This document shows positions 9,653-17,637 of a DNA stretch of 64,000 bases, piece after piece (the first letter of the stretch is position 1; each line of letters begins with the position of its first letter). The position numbers were made by a program, and so were the translations under genes. Where the stretch lies: assembly GCA_035607055.1 (NCBI GenBank), contig DATNDC010000191.1, positions 15,946 to 79,945 of the forward strand, given 5' to 3'. This DNA comes from Polyangia bacterium. Lineage in GTDB: Bacteria > Myxococcota_A > Polyangia > Fen-1088. A model generated the notes under the pieces. It did not search any database. It worked only from the letters and a program-made list of their open reading frames with translations, and was not told the origin of the DNA.

Positions 9653-9676
9653 AAAATCCGCCTCGGCGAAAGCGGA
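9653..9676 (-). terminator. Candidate intrinsic terminator after the Rieske gene
   Basis: On the minus strand, directly after the stop (9680): TCCGC-tttcgccgag-GCGGA followed by TTTT. The stem is short at 5 bp. Confidence 0.35.
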
Positions 9677-9679
9677 GAG

Positions 9680-10162
9680 CTAGCCCGTGGGCGTCCGGGT
9701 GTCCGCCGGGACCGGCATGCTGCCGTCGACGGTGATGCTGCCATCTGCCGTGATGGTGACGGCGTAGTGCTGCAGCGGGGTCCCGGCCGGTCCGCGAGTG
9801 ACCCCGCCGTTTCCGTCGAAGGTCGATCCATGGCAAGGGCAATTGAGCCCGGCCGCTATCGTCTGGGCCCCGTCGTCGAGGAAGCAGCCGGCGTGCGTGC
9901 AGACCGCAGACATCCCATAGACGCCGTTCGCGTCGCGCCCCACGACGACGTTCGACATGACGAGCAGCGATCCGACCTCGAGCGCGGAGACGTTGCCCCC
10001 GCTCTCGGGCCCGGTCGGCGGGTCTCCCGTCGCGTTGCACCCCGAAACAGCGGCGCCGAGCACCACGAGACTGGTCGAAGCACCGGCGAGCACGAGCAGC
10101 TGACGACGATCGAGCGAGCTCTTGGGACAGTCTGGGCAACCTTTGCGAACCTCGTTGGACAT
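9680..10162 (-). CDS. Tat-exported Rieske [2Fe-2S] lipoprotein
   Basis: Twin-arginine signal DRRQLLVLAG, lipobox VSGC, and Rieske boxes CTHAGC and CPCHGS. Confidence 0.85.
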   Translation of the reverse strand: MSNEVRKGCPDCPKSSLDRRQLLVLAGASTSLVVLGAAVSGCNATGDPPTGPESGGNVSALEVGSLLVMSNVVVGRDANGVYGMSAVCTHAGCFLDDGAQTIAAGLNCPCHGSTFDGNGGVTRGPAGTPLQHYAVTITADGSITVDGSMPVPADTRTPTG

Positions 10163-10231
10163 GTATCCTCCAGCGATACGGCAAGTACCGCCGGCGCCCG
10201 ACGAGCAGGCCGGCGTGCGACTCTGCTCACG

Positions 10232-11242
10232 TCATTGAGCAGAGAGCGCAGTCGGCGTCACGCGCGCGTGTGCTCGCTGCGCGCTCTCGCGAAGCGGGCT
10301 TCCTGGGAACCGCGTGAGCAGCGCCTCGAGCAGGTGAGCCGCTTCCGTCCGATCACCGGAGCGCTCGGCTCTCAGGGCGGCGCCGAACAGATCGTTCTCC
10401 GTCGCCAAGGTCGAGGCAGGCGGCGCCGGCGCAGGTCTCGGCGGCCGCCTCGTCACGACGACCGACGGCGGCACCGGTGGCGGAGCGAGATGAGGCGCCG
10501 AACAGCCCGCGGGCCAGCGCTGACCGCCGGGGACGCGAACCTCGCCCATGGGCGACCGGACCACGACGATACCTTCGTCCACGACGACGCGGGTGGGGGT
10601 CCCGCGGCCGCAGCCCTCGTCCGGCTCGGCAAGCGCCACGTGAAAGCGCGTGCCACGGACCTCCACCTCCACGTCGGGTGTCAAGACGACGAACCGCTGG
10701 CCGGCCTGCAGCTTCGCGACGTGCAGAGCGACCTCCCCGCGTCCCAGGCGAAGCCACTGCTCGGCGTCGGCGCGCAGGAGCTTCAGATCGGACCGTGGCG
10801 CCAGCTCGACCGTCGTGCCGTCCCCCGCCGTCAACGTGGCCGGCAGTGCGCCCGTCTGCAGCCGTTCGTCCGAAGCCCACCTGTGCCCCGACGGCAGCGG
10901 CTGGACCTTGCCGTCCGCGCCCGCCCAGGTGGCGTGCACAGCGGAGCCGACGACGAGCCCGGCGCGCGGCGCTCTCACCGCTTCCGGCGTTGGCGCCGAC
11001 GCGATGGTCCTCGGCGAGCGCCAAGGCGCCACGACCACCAGCGCGACGGCTCCCAAGATCGCGGCCGCAGTCCCCGCCACCGTGACCGCTCGCCGCCGAC
11101 GTTGCCGAGAAGCAGCGCGCTCAATCGCCTCCCCGATCGCCGCGATGGCGCTCTCGGGAGGTGCCGAGCGATGCGGTCGAATCCGCGCCCGCGCCGTTCG
11201 GAGCGAGCGCGCCGCGCGCTCGGCGTAGCGGAACGTCGTCAC
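10232..11242 (-). CDS. FecR-domain anti-sigma factor with a C-terminal TPR-like segment
   Basis: GTG start (11240-11242) overlaps the sigma TGA (11239-11241) as GTGA. One TM segment (TAAAILGAVALVVVAPW). FecR-like core LHVAKLQAGQRFVVLTPDVEVEVRGTRFHV. Confidence 0.75.
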   Translation of the reverse strand: MTTFRYAERAARSLRTARARIRPHRSAPPESAIAAIGEAIERAASRQRRRRAVTVAGTAAAILGAVALVVVAPWRSPRTIASAPTPEAVRAPRAGLVVGSAVHATWAGADGKVQPLPSGHRWASDERLQTGALPATLTAGDGTTVELAPRSDLKLLRADAEQWLRLGRGEVALHVAKLQAGQRFVVLTPDVEVEVRGTRFHVALAEPDEGCGRGTPTRVVVDEGIVVVRSPMGEVRVPGGQRWPAGCSAPHLAPPPVPPSVVVTRRPPRPAPAPPASTLATENDLFGAALRAERSGDRTEAAHLLEALLTRFPGSPLRESAQRAHARVTPTALSAQ

Positions 11243-11904
11243 GGCTCCCCCCGATCGAGAATTTCCGCCAGCCGGGGATCGGCGGCGATGCGGTCGTGGA
11301 TCTCGCGACGGCCGCGAACGAGGCGGCTCTGCGCGGCGACGACCGAGATCCCACAGATGTGGGCGACCTCGTCGAGGGAATATCCGCAGACGTCGTGCAA
11401 CAGGAAAGCCCACGAACGGTCCTCGCGCATCGAGGCCAGATGCTCGGCGATCTGTCGCAGCGCCTCGCGGAGCGAGGTCGCGTCGGCGCCGCTCGATCGT
11501 GGGCTCGACACCAACTCCTCGTCCTCCTCCAGCGCGGCGGCGAAGATGGTCCGTTCCAGCCGCCGGCGCCGGATGTGCTTGTAGACGACGTGCGCCGAGA
11601 CGGTCGACACCCAGGCGTCGAGCGCACACTCCCCGCGATAACCGGCCACCGACTCGATGAGCTGAATGAGCGCGATCTGGACGAGGTCTTCGCCGTCCCG
11701 GTCCATCCGCCCCAAGAGCCGGCGAACCGTTCGGTCCACGACCGGTTTCACGCGCCAGTAGAAGTCCTCCGCGACATCGAGGTCGCCGCGCCGGAGCCCC
11801 GCCAGGATCTCGTCGTCGCTACGGCTCGGACGGCGCTCCGCTCGAAGCGCGGCGGCGCCGGGGATGACGCTCAGCACGGGCTTTTGTGGGCGCACTGCGG
11901 CCAT
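11239..11904 (-). CDS. ECF (sigma-70 family, group 4) RNA polymerase sigma factor
   Basis: Region 2 (DLVQIALIQLIESVAGYR) and region 4 HTH (YSLDEVAHICGISVVAAQSRLVRGRREI). Confidence 0.9.
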   Translation of the reverse strand: MAAVRPQKPVLSVIPGAAALRAERRPSRSDDEILAGLRRGDLDVAEDFYWRVKPVVDRTVRRLLGRMDRDGEDLVQIALIQLIESVAGYRGECALDAWVSTVSAHVVYKHIRRRRLERTIFAAALEEDEELVSSPRSSGADATSLREALRQIAEHLASMREDRSWAFLLHDVCGYSLDEVAHICGISVVAAQSRLVRGRREIHDRIAADPRLAEILDRGEP

Positions 11905-11921
11905 GGGACAACTGCCCTGAG

Positions 11922-11953
11922 AGTACCTCGAACCCTGCGACAGCAGGCTGAGC
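11922..11953 (-). promoter_or_regulatory. Bipartite motif copy 2: GCTCAGCCTGCTGTC-N11-GGTACT
   Basis: GGTACT ends 17 nt upstream of the sigma ATG. The spacing matches copies 1 and 3. Confidence 0.4.
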
Positions 11954-12963
11954 TAGAAGCGGGAGAGGACGCCCAGCTCGAAGATAATTCGGCCTCGCGG
12001 CAGCGTCGCGGGCGCTTGCCCGGGGGAAACCAGGCTCTGGCTGCTGGCGAAGCCTTCGAGGCCGCCGCTCAGGAGCAGGCTCGTTCCCGAAGAGAGCCCG
12101 ATACCGATCTGCCCAACGAGGTCTCCGCCGGCTGTCCAGTGCTCTGCGGTCCCGTGGTCGTCGTCGTCGTTACGCTTGATCACCTCGTGGACAGCCAGGA
12201 GATCCGCCCGTGCCGCGAAGCCCAGCCGTCGTCCTTCCGCGAACCCAGGGGTCGCCCACACGACCCCCAGCGATCCCACTGTGGTGCGCGCCGTGGCGTT
12301 GGCCCCATCAAGATCTGCGGCCCGAAACCCTATCCCGGCCCGCAGCGCCCAACGAGGCGTCAGCGACCGCCGGAGGGCGACCAGCCCCCCGATGGCGTCG
12401 TCGAAGTCTTCTTGCTCGTCGACGGCGGTGATGACGTTCGCCTCCAGCGCCCAGCGTGGCGCTGCGGGTGGTGGCGGCTTGGGTGATCCAGTGAGCGCGG
12501 CGGGAACCTCCGCGTCGACCGCGCTGGCCCCGACGACGAGGCGCGCGCCGGCCGCGCTGGGCGTGGTCGTCGCGCGCTGGGCGGCCCACTCCTCGTCCAA
12601 GATCGACGCGATCACCAAGCCGAGAGCTCGACCGCGCTCGGCCGGCAGATCGCGCGCGCTGAACACGATGTTGCGCTCGGTCACCCGAACGGTCCCGTCG
12701 AGAGGAGCTGTTGAGCGCACGCGGACGTCGCTCACCAGCTGCTGGGCATCTCGCCAGGTGACCACCACCGTTGCCGTCGCGCTGGCTGCCGCCGCCGCGG
12801 CGCCGACCTCGGCGTCGTCGGGAACGCTGGGAAGGGTCCGAAGCACGGTCTTCGCTCCGGCCGGCAGCGCCTGCAGGCAAGCGGCGGCTGCCTCGTTCGC
12901 CGCGGCGACGCCGTCGGGGGTCGTCGCCACGGCGATGAGCAAGACGATGGGAGCCGTCACCAT
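11953..12963 (-). CDS. Hypothetical exported protein with a beta-rich C-terminal half
   Basis: 336-aa ORF with a hydrophobic N-terminus. The C-terminal strands resemble a small outer-membrane barrel (ends in ...FELGVLSRF). Confidence 0.5.
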   Translation of the reverse strand: MVTAPIVLLIAVATTPDGVAAANEAAAACLQALPAGAKTVLRTLPSVPDDAEVGAAAAAASATATVVVTWRDAQQLVSDVRVRSTAPLDGTVRVTERNIVFSARDLPAERGRALGLVIASILDEEWAAQRATTTPSAAGARLVVGASAVDAEVPAALTGSPKPPPPAAPRWALEANVITAVDEQEDFDDAIGGLVALRRSLTPRWALRAGIGFRAADLDGANATARTTVGSLGVVWATPGFAEGRRLGFAARADLLAVHEVIKRNDDDDHGTAEHWTAGGDLVGQIGIGLSSGTSLLLSGGLEGFASSQSLVSPGQAPATLPRGRIIFELGVLSRF

Positions 12964-13018
12964 CGGGACATCAGGTCACGTAGGCGAGGACTATATCGCG
13001 CGCTCCGCGCGGCGGCCG

Positions 13019-13780
13019 TCAGTTATTCAGCGCGCCGGCGTCGATCCAGGCCTGGACGAGCGCGAGGTTGGCGGCCGACAGCTTCGGCTTGCCCTGCGGC
13101 ATGGCCCCGCTACTCAGAGTCTTGTACAAGCTCGACCCGGCACCGTTCCCGGCCGTGACGTACTTACTCACGGAAGTGTATGCGCTCGACTGGGTGGAGA
13201 AGGCCACGCCGCTCGCCGACCCCGGATCGTGGCATTGGCTTCCCGCGCAGTAGACGACCAGGATCTGCGTATAGATCTGGGTGAAGGTCGGGGCCGCGCC
13301 GCCCGTACCGCCCGTTCCTGTCGTACCGCCCGTTCCCTTGACGCCGCCGGTTCCCGTCACGCCACCGGTCCCCTTGATGCCGCCGGTCCCCGTCGTGCCG
13401 CCGGTTCCCCTGCCGCCCGTTCCGGTGGTGCCGCCGGTCCCCCTGAGGCCGCCTGTTCCGGTGGTGCCGCCTGTTCCCGTGAAGCCGCCGGTTCCAGTGA
13501 AGCCGCCGCTGCCGGTCGTGATCCCTCCCGTCCCGATGCCGCCGCCGTTGCCGTTGGAACCTCCGCTTCCGACGTCGCCGGTGCCGCCAGCGCCGGTGCC
13601 TTGTATTCCGCCGCTGCTCGAGCTGTCGCCCCCCGTACCGCTTCCCGTCATTCCCCCCGACTGTCCGCCCGCGTCGGGCTGGAGAATGTCGATATCCCAC
13701 GGCTCGCTCTGAGCGCAGCCGTAGATGGCTGCGGCCACGAAAAACGTCATCGAAATGCGAAGCGGGGACGAGATTCGCAT
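13019..13780 (-). CDS. Lipoprotein with an xxGTGG hexapeptide repeat linker and a C-terminal PSCyt-like (planctomycete cytochrome-c-like) domain
   Basis: Lipobox AAIYGC. The long Gly/Thr repeat is followed by a C-terminal region (FTQIYTQILVVYCAGSQCHD...MPQGKPKLSAANLALVQAWIDAGA) that resembles the PSCyt1 pattern. A GGAGG SD precedes the ATG. Confidence 0.7.
   Translation of the reverse strand: MRISSPLRISMTFFVAAAIYGCAQSEPWDIDILQPDAGGQSGGMTGSGTGGDSSSSGGIQGTGAGGTGDVGSGGSNGNGGGIGTGGITTGSGGFTGTGGFTGTGGTTGTGGLRGTGGTTGTGGRGTGGTTGTGGIKGTGGVTGTGGVKGTGGTTGTGGTGGAAPTFTQIYTQILVVYCAGSQCHDPGSASGVAFSTQSSAYTSVSKYVTAGNGAGSSLYKTLSSGAMPQGKPKLSAANLALVQAWIDAGALNN
13290..13510 (-). repeat. About 11 degenerate tandem 18-nt units encoding (F/T/V)(T/K/R)GTGG
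   Basis: The protein reads FTGTGG FTGTGG TTGTGG LRGTGG TTGTGG RGTGG TTGTGG IKGTGG VTGTGG VKGTGG TTGTGG. The repeat lies inside the coding sequence. Confidence 0.6.
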
Positions 13781-13826
13781 GGGTCCCTCCGAGGAAAGGC
13801 TGGGGCTTGCGTCTATTGGAGCCTCT

Positions 13827-13858
13827 AGTACCCGGAAAGCATCGAAAGCAGGCAGGGG
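13827..13858 (-). promoter_or_regulatory. Bipartite motif copy 3: CCCCTGCCTGCTTTC-N11-GGTACT
   Basis: GGTACT ends 46 nt upstream of the ATG at 13780, and an SD lies between them. Confidence 0.45.
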
Positions 13859-14112
13859 GCGTGGACTGATTTAGGGCAATCATTTCCGCAACTCCGGTCA
13901 TCAGTCACCAGCCGGGCGCAGCGACGGATGTTTTCGCGGACGACGGGAAAAGCTCCGAGCGATGGTGGGACATGGACGGATCGCTGGCGGGACCAACCTG
14001 GATCCCATGGCCAGCGGTGCGATATTCTCCTCGGGCCGCGAGCGATTCGGGCAGCTCGGAGATGGCTCCGCCGAGCCGACCCTCCGACTGCTGCGCCGAT
14101 CGCGGACAAATC

Positions 14113-15144
14113 ATGCCTCACTTGAACCGATGCGGAACCGTGCTGGTCCTGGCGCTCGCCTCTCTCCTGGCCCTGGGCGCCGCCTGTTCCCCGTCGCAGC
14201 CGGGTAGCACCGGCGGCGCGGGCGGCAGTACGAATGGCAGCGGTGGCAGCACGAACGGCAGCGGCGGGTCGGCGACCGGCACCGGTGGGAACGCGACCGG
14301 AACGGGCGGCGCCACCGGCGGGGCAGTCGGCACCGGCGGCGCCGCGGGCGGCTCGCCGGGCAGCGGCGGTGCTGGCCAGGTCGGCGGGGCCGGAGGCGCT
14401 GGCGGCGCAGGCAACAGCGCGGGCGCGACCGGCACCGGTGGGAGCGCCGGCGGCTCCGCGGCGACCTGCAAATACAAGCTCTGCGAAGACTTCGAGTCGA
14501 GCACCGTGGGGTCGGTCCCCGCCGGCTGGACCAGCTTCCAGGGCTACAACGGGACGATCGGAGCGACCGATCAAGCCGTGGCCTCGGACGCCGCCCACTC
14601 GGGGTCCAAGTCCCTCAAGAGCATCGCCGCGTCGCAAGGGACCAGCCGGGTGCAGAAGGCGCTCAGCAGCCTGGGCGCAACGGCGAACACACACTGGGGC
14701 CGGATCTTCTACCAGGTGCAGAGCCCTTCCGCGGTCGACAACGCGAACGTCCTTCACACCACCTTCGTCAGCCTGATGGGCGGCTCGACCGAAGATCGCG
14801 TCGTCGACACCGTCGAGACCGAGGCCGCGCACACGCACCAGTGGCTTTTCAACACCCCGGACGACGCCTGCTGCACCAGCTCGACCTACGACTGGACTTT
14901 CGACGACGGCTGGCACTGCGCGGAGTGGTACGTCGACCTCACGACCAAGAGCTACCGCTTCTTCTCCGACGGGACCGAGGTGACGCAAATCGCGTTCTCC
15001 AATCGGTCGAACGCCGAGATGCCGGCGAGCTACGCCGAAATCATCCTCGGCGCCACCTACTATCAACACGACACCCTGAGCGGCCCCTTCACGATCTGGA
15101 TCGACGATTTAGCCATCGACGACAACCAGATCGGCTGCCAGTGA
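14113..15144 (+). CDS. Secreted lipoprotein with a Gly-rich linker and a C-terminal LamG/concanavalin-like jelly-roll domain
   Basis: Signal plus lipobox LALGAAC. The linker GSTGGAGGSTNGSGGS... is followed by a C-terminal roughly 230 aa with VPAGWTSF...FTIWIDDLAID. ATG at 14113 is in frame with the track ORF. Confidence 0.65.
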   Translation: MPHLNRCGTVLVLALASLLALGAACSPSQPGSTGGAGGSTNGSGGSTNGSGGSATGTGGNATGTGGATGGAVGTGGAAGGSPGSGGAGQVGGAGGAGGAGNSAGATGTGGSAGGSAATCKYKLCEDFESSTVGSVPAGWTSFQGYNGTIGATDQAVASDAAHSGSKSLKSIAASQGTSRVQKALSSLGATANTHWGRIFYQVQSPSAVDNANVLHTTFVSLMGGSTEDRVVDTVETEAAHTHQWLFNTPDDACCTSSTYDWTFDDGWHCAEWYVDLTTKSYRFFSDGTEVTQIAFSNRSNAEMPASYAEIILGATYYQHDTLSGPFTIWIDDLAIDDNQIGCQ

Positions 15145-15157
15145 GCGCCGGCTGCCG

Positions 15158-16891
15158 TCAGGTCACCTTGTAGCTGTAGAGCAGGTCGCGCAGCATCGCG
15201 GCCAGCGCGCGCTCGCGCTCCTCGCAAAAGGCGTTGTACCGCGTGAGGGACCACAGGCCGCTGTCGCCCGGAATGAGATGAGCGGAGCGGTCGGCGGGCT
15301 CGATGATGCGCAGATAGACGTCGGGCGAGGTGTCGCCGATGTGCTCGCTGTCGGAGCGGACCAACAGCGTCAGGTTCCCGAGGCGCTCGGGGACGTACTC
15401 GTTGTCCCGCTCGGGATAGCGATCCAGGCTGGCGCGCGGAAAGATCTGGTGCACTTCCAGCGGCTCCTGCGCACCGTTGAGCAGCTTGCCGCTGGGGAAC
15501 GAGTGGGCGTTCACCCGCAGGAAGTAGGCGAGCAGCGCGAACAGGATCGCGCTCTCGCCGACGATGTTGTGGAAGAGGTCGTCCTCCTCGGGGATGGCGC
15601 TGTCGGGACGTTTGGCGCGCAGTTTGACGTGCTCGAGGAGGCCGTCGACGTCTCCCCGTTCCGCCAGCGCGGCGTCCTTGGCCAGCTTGGTGTCGACCTC
15701 GCCGGCGTAGTGGCGCCAGAGGCTGGCCGCCAGCGCCCAGCCCGTCCAGCGCTCGTCCAGATCGTGGCCGCGGGCCGCCGCGATCGCCGGCGGGAACAGC
15801 AGGTATCGGTAGGGGAGCCAGTCGCCGCTCGGAAGGCCCGCGTTGCGAAACAGCGCCACCGCGCTCTTGAAGCCCGCGACGGTCGCGTCCCAGCTCGCCT
15901 CGATGTTCTGGTACTGGGTCTCGACCTTCCGCTTCTCCGCGTCACGATAGCGGACCCCGCCCCCGCCCAGGAACAGCGCCGCCCGGATCAGCAGGTCCGT
16001 GTCGACGAACGCGCCGCCGCGATTCCCCTCCTCGACCCCCTCTGGCGCCGAGAACCCGCGCAGCTCCTTCATCATCAGGACCTCGCGCGCGCGGGCCCTG
16101 AAGTTGGTCATCTTCCCGGTCAGGCGCGCCGCCGCCAAGTCCCCGGGCCGCAGCCGGACGCCCTGCTGGTTGAGGCGCGCGAAGATCTCGATCACGTTGT
16201 CGTCGTTGGCGGCGGCGTCGATCTCGTAGGCGATCACCTCCGCCTGCAAGATGGAGGTGCGGATCGCGTTGGCGCGATCGAGCGCTTCGAAGAAGAGCTC
16301 GTCACCGGACGTCAGCCACTCGCCCAGCGCGCGCTGCACGGCCAGGCTCTCGTTCCCGCCGCGGATACCCTCGAACAGCACCTCCGCTGGGACGAGTAGG
16401 CCTTCGCGCATGCGCCGGTGCAGCGTCTTCGACCGCAGGTGAAAGGGGTTCTCCACCCACTCGTCGCGCGGCGACAGCGCCACCAGCAGGTCCGGATCCG
16501 GCGTCGTCTTGTTGCTGATCCGGCTGCGAAACACCAGCCGAAAGATGGAAGTCAGCCGCTGTTGCCCGTCCAGAACGAACAGCGAGCCGGGGACGACCTG
16601 CCGCGGCGCCTCCGGCACGCCGCGAAACGTGACCTCGTCCGGCGGACAGATGTCCCAGGCGCGCGTGGAAAATGGCGCTTCCCCCTCCCATTGCGGCTCC
16701 CACAAGAGGAGCGCGCCCACCGGGTACGACCGATAGAGCGAGTCGTGCAGCGCGCGCACGCGGTCCGCCGACCAGACGAAGCCCCGCTGGAGATCCGGCA
16801 AGTGCAGGCGGCCATCCCGCTTCAGCGCCGCGAGATTGGCTATCTTCCAAGGGGCCGCTTTCAGGTTCAGCGTCCGCGGAGCTGTTCCCAT
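15158..16891 (-). CDS. DUF262 + DUF1524 protein (GmrSD/SspE/BrxU-like type IV restriction endonuclease family)
   Basis: N-terminal DUF262 motifs LPDLQRGFVWS and VLDGQQRLTSI. C-terminal His-Me finger-like EVHQIFPR...LGNLTLL. Confidence 0.8.
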   Translation of the reverse strand: MGTAPRTLNLKAAPWKIANLAALKRDGRLHLPDLQRGFVWSADRVRALHDSLYRSYPVGALLLWEPQWEGEAPFSTRAWDICPPDEVTFRGVPEAPRQVVPGSLFVLDGQQRLTSIFRLVFRSRISNKTTPDPDLLVALSPRDEWVENPFHLRSKTLHRRMREGLLVPAEVLFEGIRGGNESLAVQRALGEWLTSGDELFFEALDRANAIRTSILQAEVIAYEIDAAANDDNVIEIFARLNQQGVRLRPGDLAAARLTGKMTNFRARAREVLMMKELRGFSAPEGVEEGNRGGAFVDTDLLIRAALFLGGGGVRYRDAEKRKVETQYQNIEASWDATVAGFKSAVALFRNAGLPSGDWLPYRYLLFPPAIAAARGHDLDERWTGWALAASLWRHYAGEVDTKLAKDAALAERGDVDGLLEHVKLRAKRPDSAIPEEDDLFHNIVGESAILFALLAYFLRVNAHSFPSGKLLNGAQEPLEVHQIFPRASLDRYPERDNEYVPERLGNLTLLVRSDSEHIGDTSPDVYLRIIEPADRSAHLIPGDSGLWSLTRYNAFCEERERALAAMLRDLLYSYKVT

Positions 16892-17037
16892 CTTTCGAGT
16901 GTACTCCGCCCGGAGAAACTCGGATCCTGGATGACGCGGGCGCGAGGACGCGGACGCGAGGAATTAGAAGTGTACGAACGTGCCTTCGGCAGTCACGTCG
17001 CGCGACATCACAGCTCGAGGAGGATGTTGGAGACGGC

Positions 17038-17385
17038 TCAGCGGCGTGGTGGTTTTCTGCCGTCGGAACGCGGGATGGTCGCGGCCGCACCTGCTGGAAT
17101 CACAACCTCGGGGTATCTATCCTCGATGAGCAGACGGTAACGTGTGGGCGCGCCCCCGCCCGCGAGCACGATCGGGGTGTCATCGATCTCGCTCCTCGTT
17201 TCGCCGAGATTTCCGGGGTCACATCGAGTCGGTGACAGGGCGTTGGGTATCGCATCCCTCGAGGCGTCTTCCGTCGACGGTTGCGGGACTCGCCGCGCGC
17301 GCTGGCTGACGACTCGCGGCCTGAGGCGTTCGTGGCCCCGACGAAGGCGAGCGAGCTTCCGATGGTTCACACCTCTGTCGGTCAT
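17038..17385 (-). pseudogene. Possible eroded IS3-family (rve integrase) transposase fragment
   Basis: The translation GVNHRKLARLRR...AIPNALSPTR...PGNLGETRSEIDDTPIVLAGGGAPTRYRLLIEDRYPEVVIPAG follows the IS3 OrfB pattern VNHKRVxRLMR...PNxLxRxF...PNxxWxxDITYI...GWxYLxxVxDLxSRxxVGW. It sits in a lower-GC non-coding gap. No catalytic core or inverted repeats were seen. Confidence 0.3.
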
Positions 17386-17637
17386 TGCCTGATCCTTTCG
17401 GGAACCTGAGGAGGATGGGGTTGCGAATCGAATAGTCCAGAGCCAACCAGCCCTCCTGGTGGCGGACGCGTCAAAGGCGCTCCCGAGCGGTTGGGCGCTC
17501 GCAAAGAAGCCACCTCGATCGTCTCGGGTGAGGCTACGATCGCGTCAGGCTGTTACCGTACATTCTCCCCTCAAGCCGTAAGCCCATGGCTTATCTCACC
17601 TCGAGACTTGGCACGATTGTCGCTCGTGCTTCGCTGC

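Noticed and set aside
13290-13510. Regular short tandem repeats that could be mistaken for a CRISPR-like or VNTR array
   Set aside because: The period is 18 nt with no unique spacers, and the repeats are entirely in frame within a coding sequence. No repeat-spacer architecture exists anywhere in the window.
13281-13712. Pro-rich ORF (PVPPVPVVPPVPL...) that looks like a collagen- or extensin-like gene; a similar one lies at 45191..45580
   Set aside because: It is the reverse-complement reading of the Gly-rich (GTGG) repeat of the lipoprotein gene, which has a proper lipobox, an SD and a folded C-terminal domain.
15158-17637. The idea that the GmrSD-like gene sits on an intact mobile element or prophage
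   Set aside because: There is no intact integrase or transposase, no tRNA target, and no direct or inverted terminal repeats that I could find. The GC content of the gene itself looks similar to its surroundings. Only a decayed relic is supportable.
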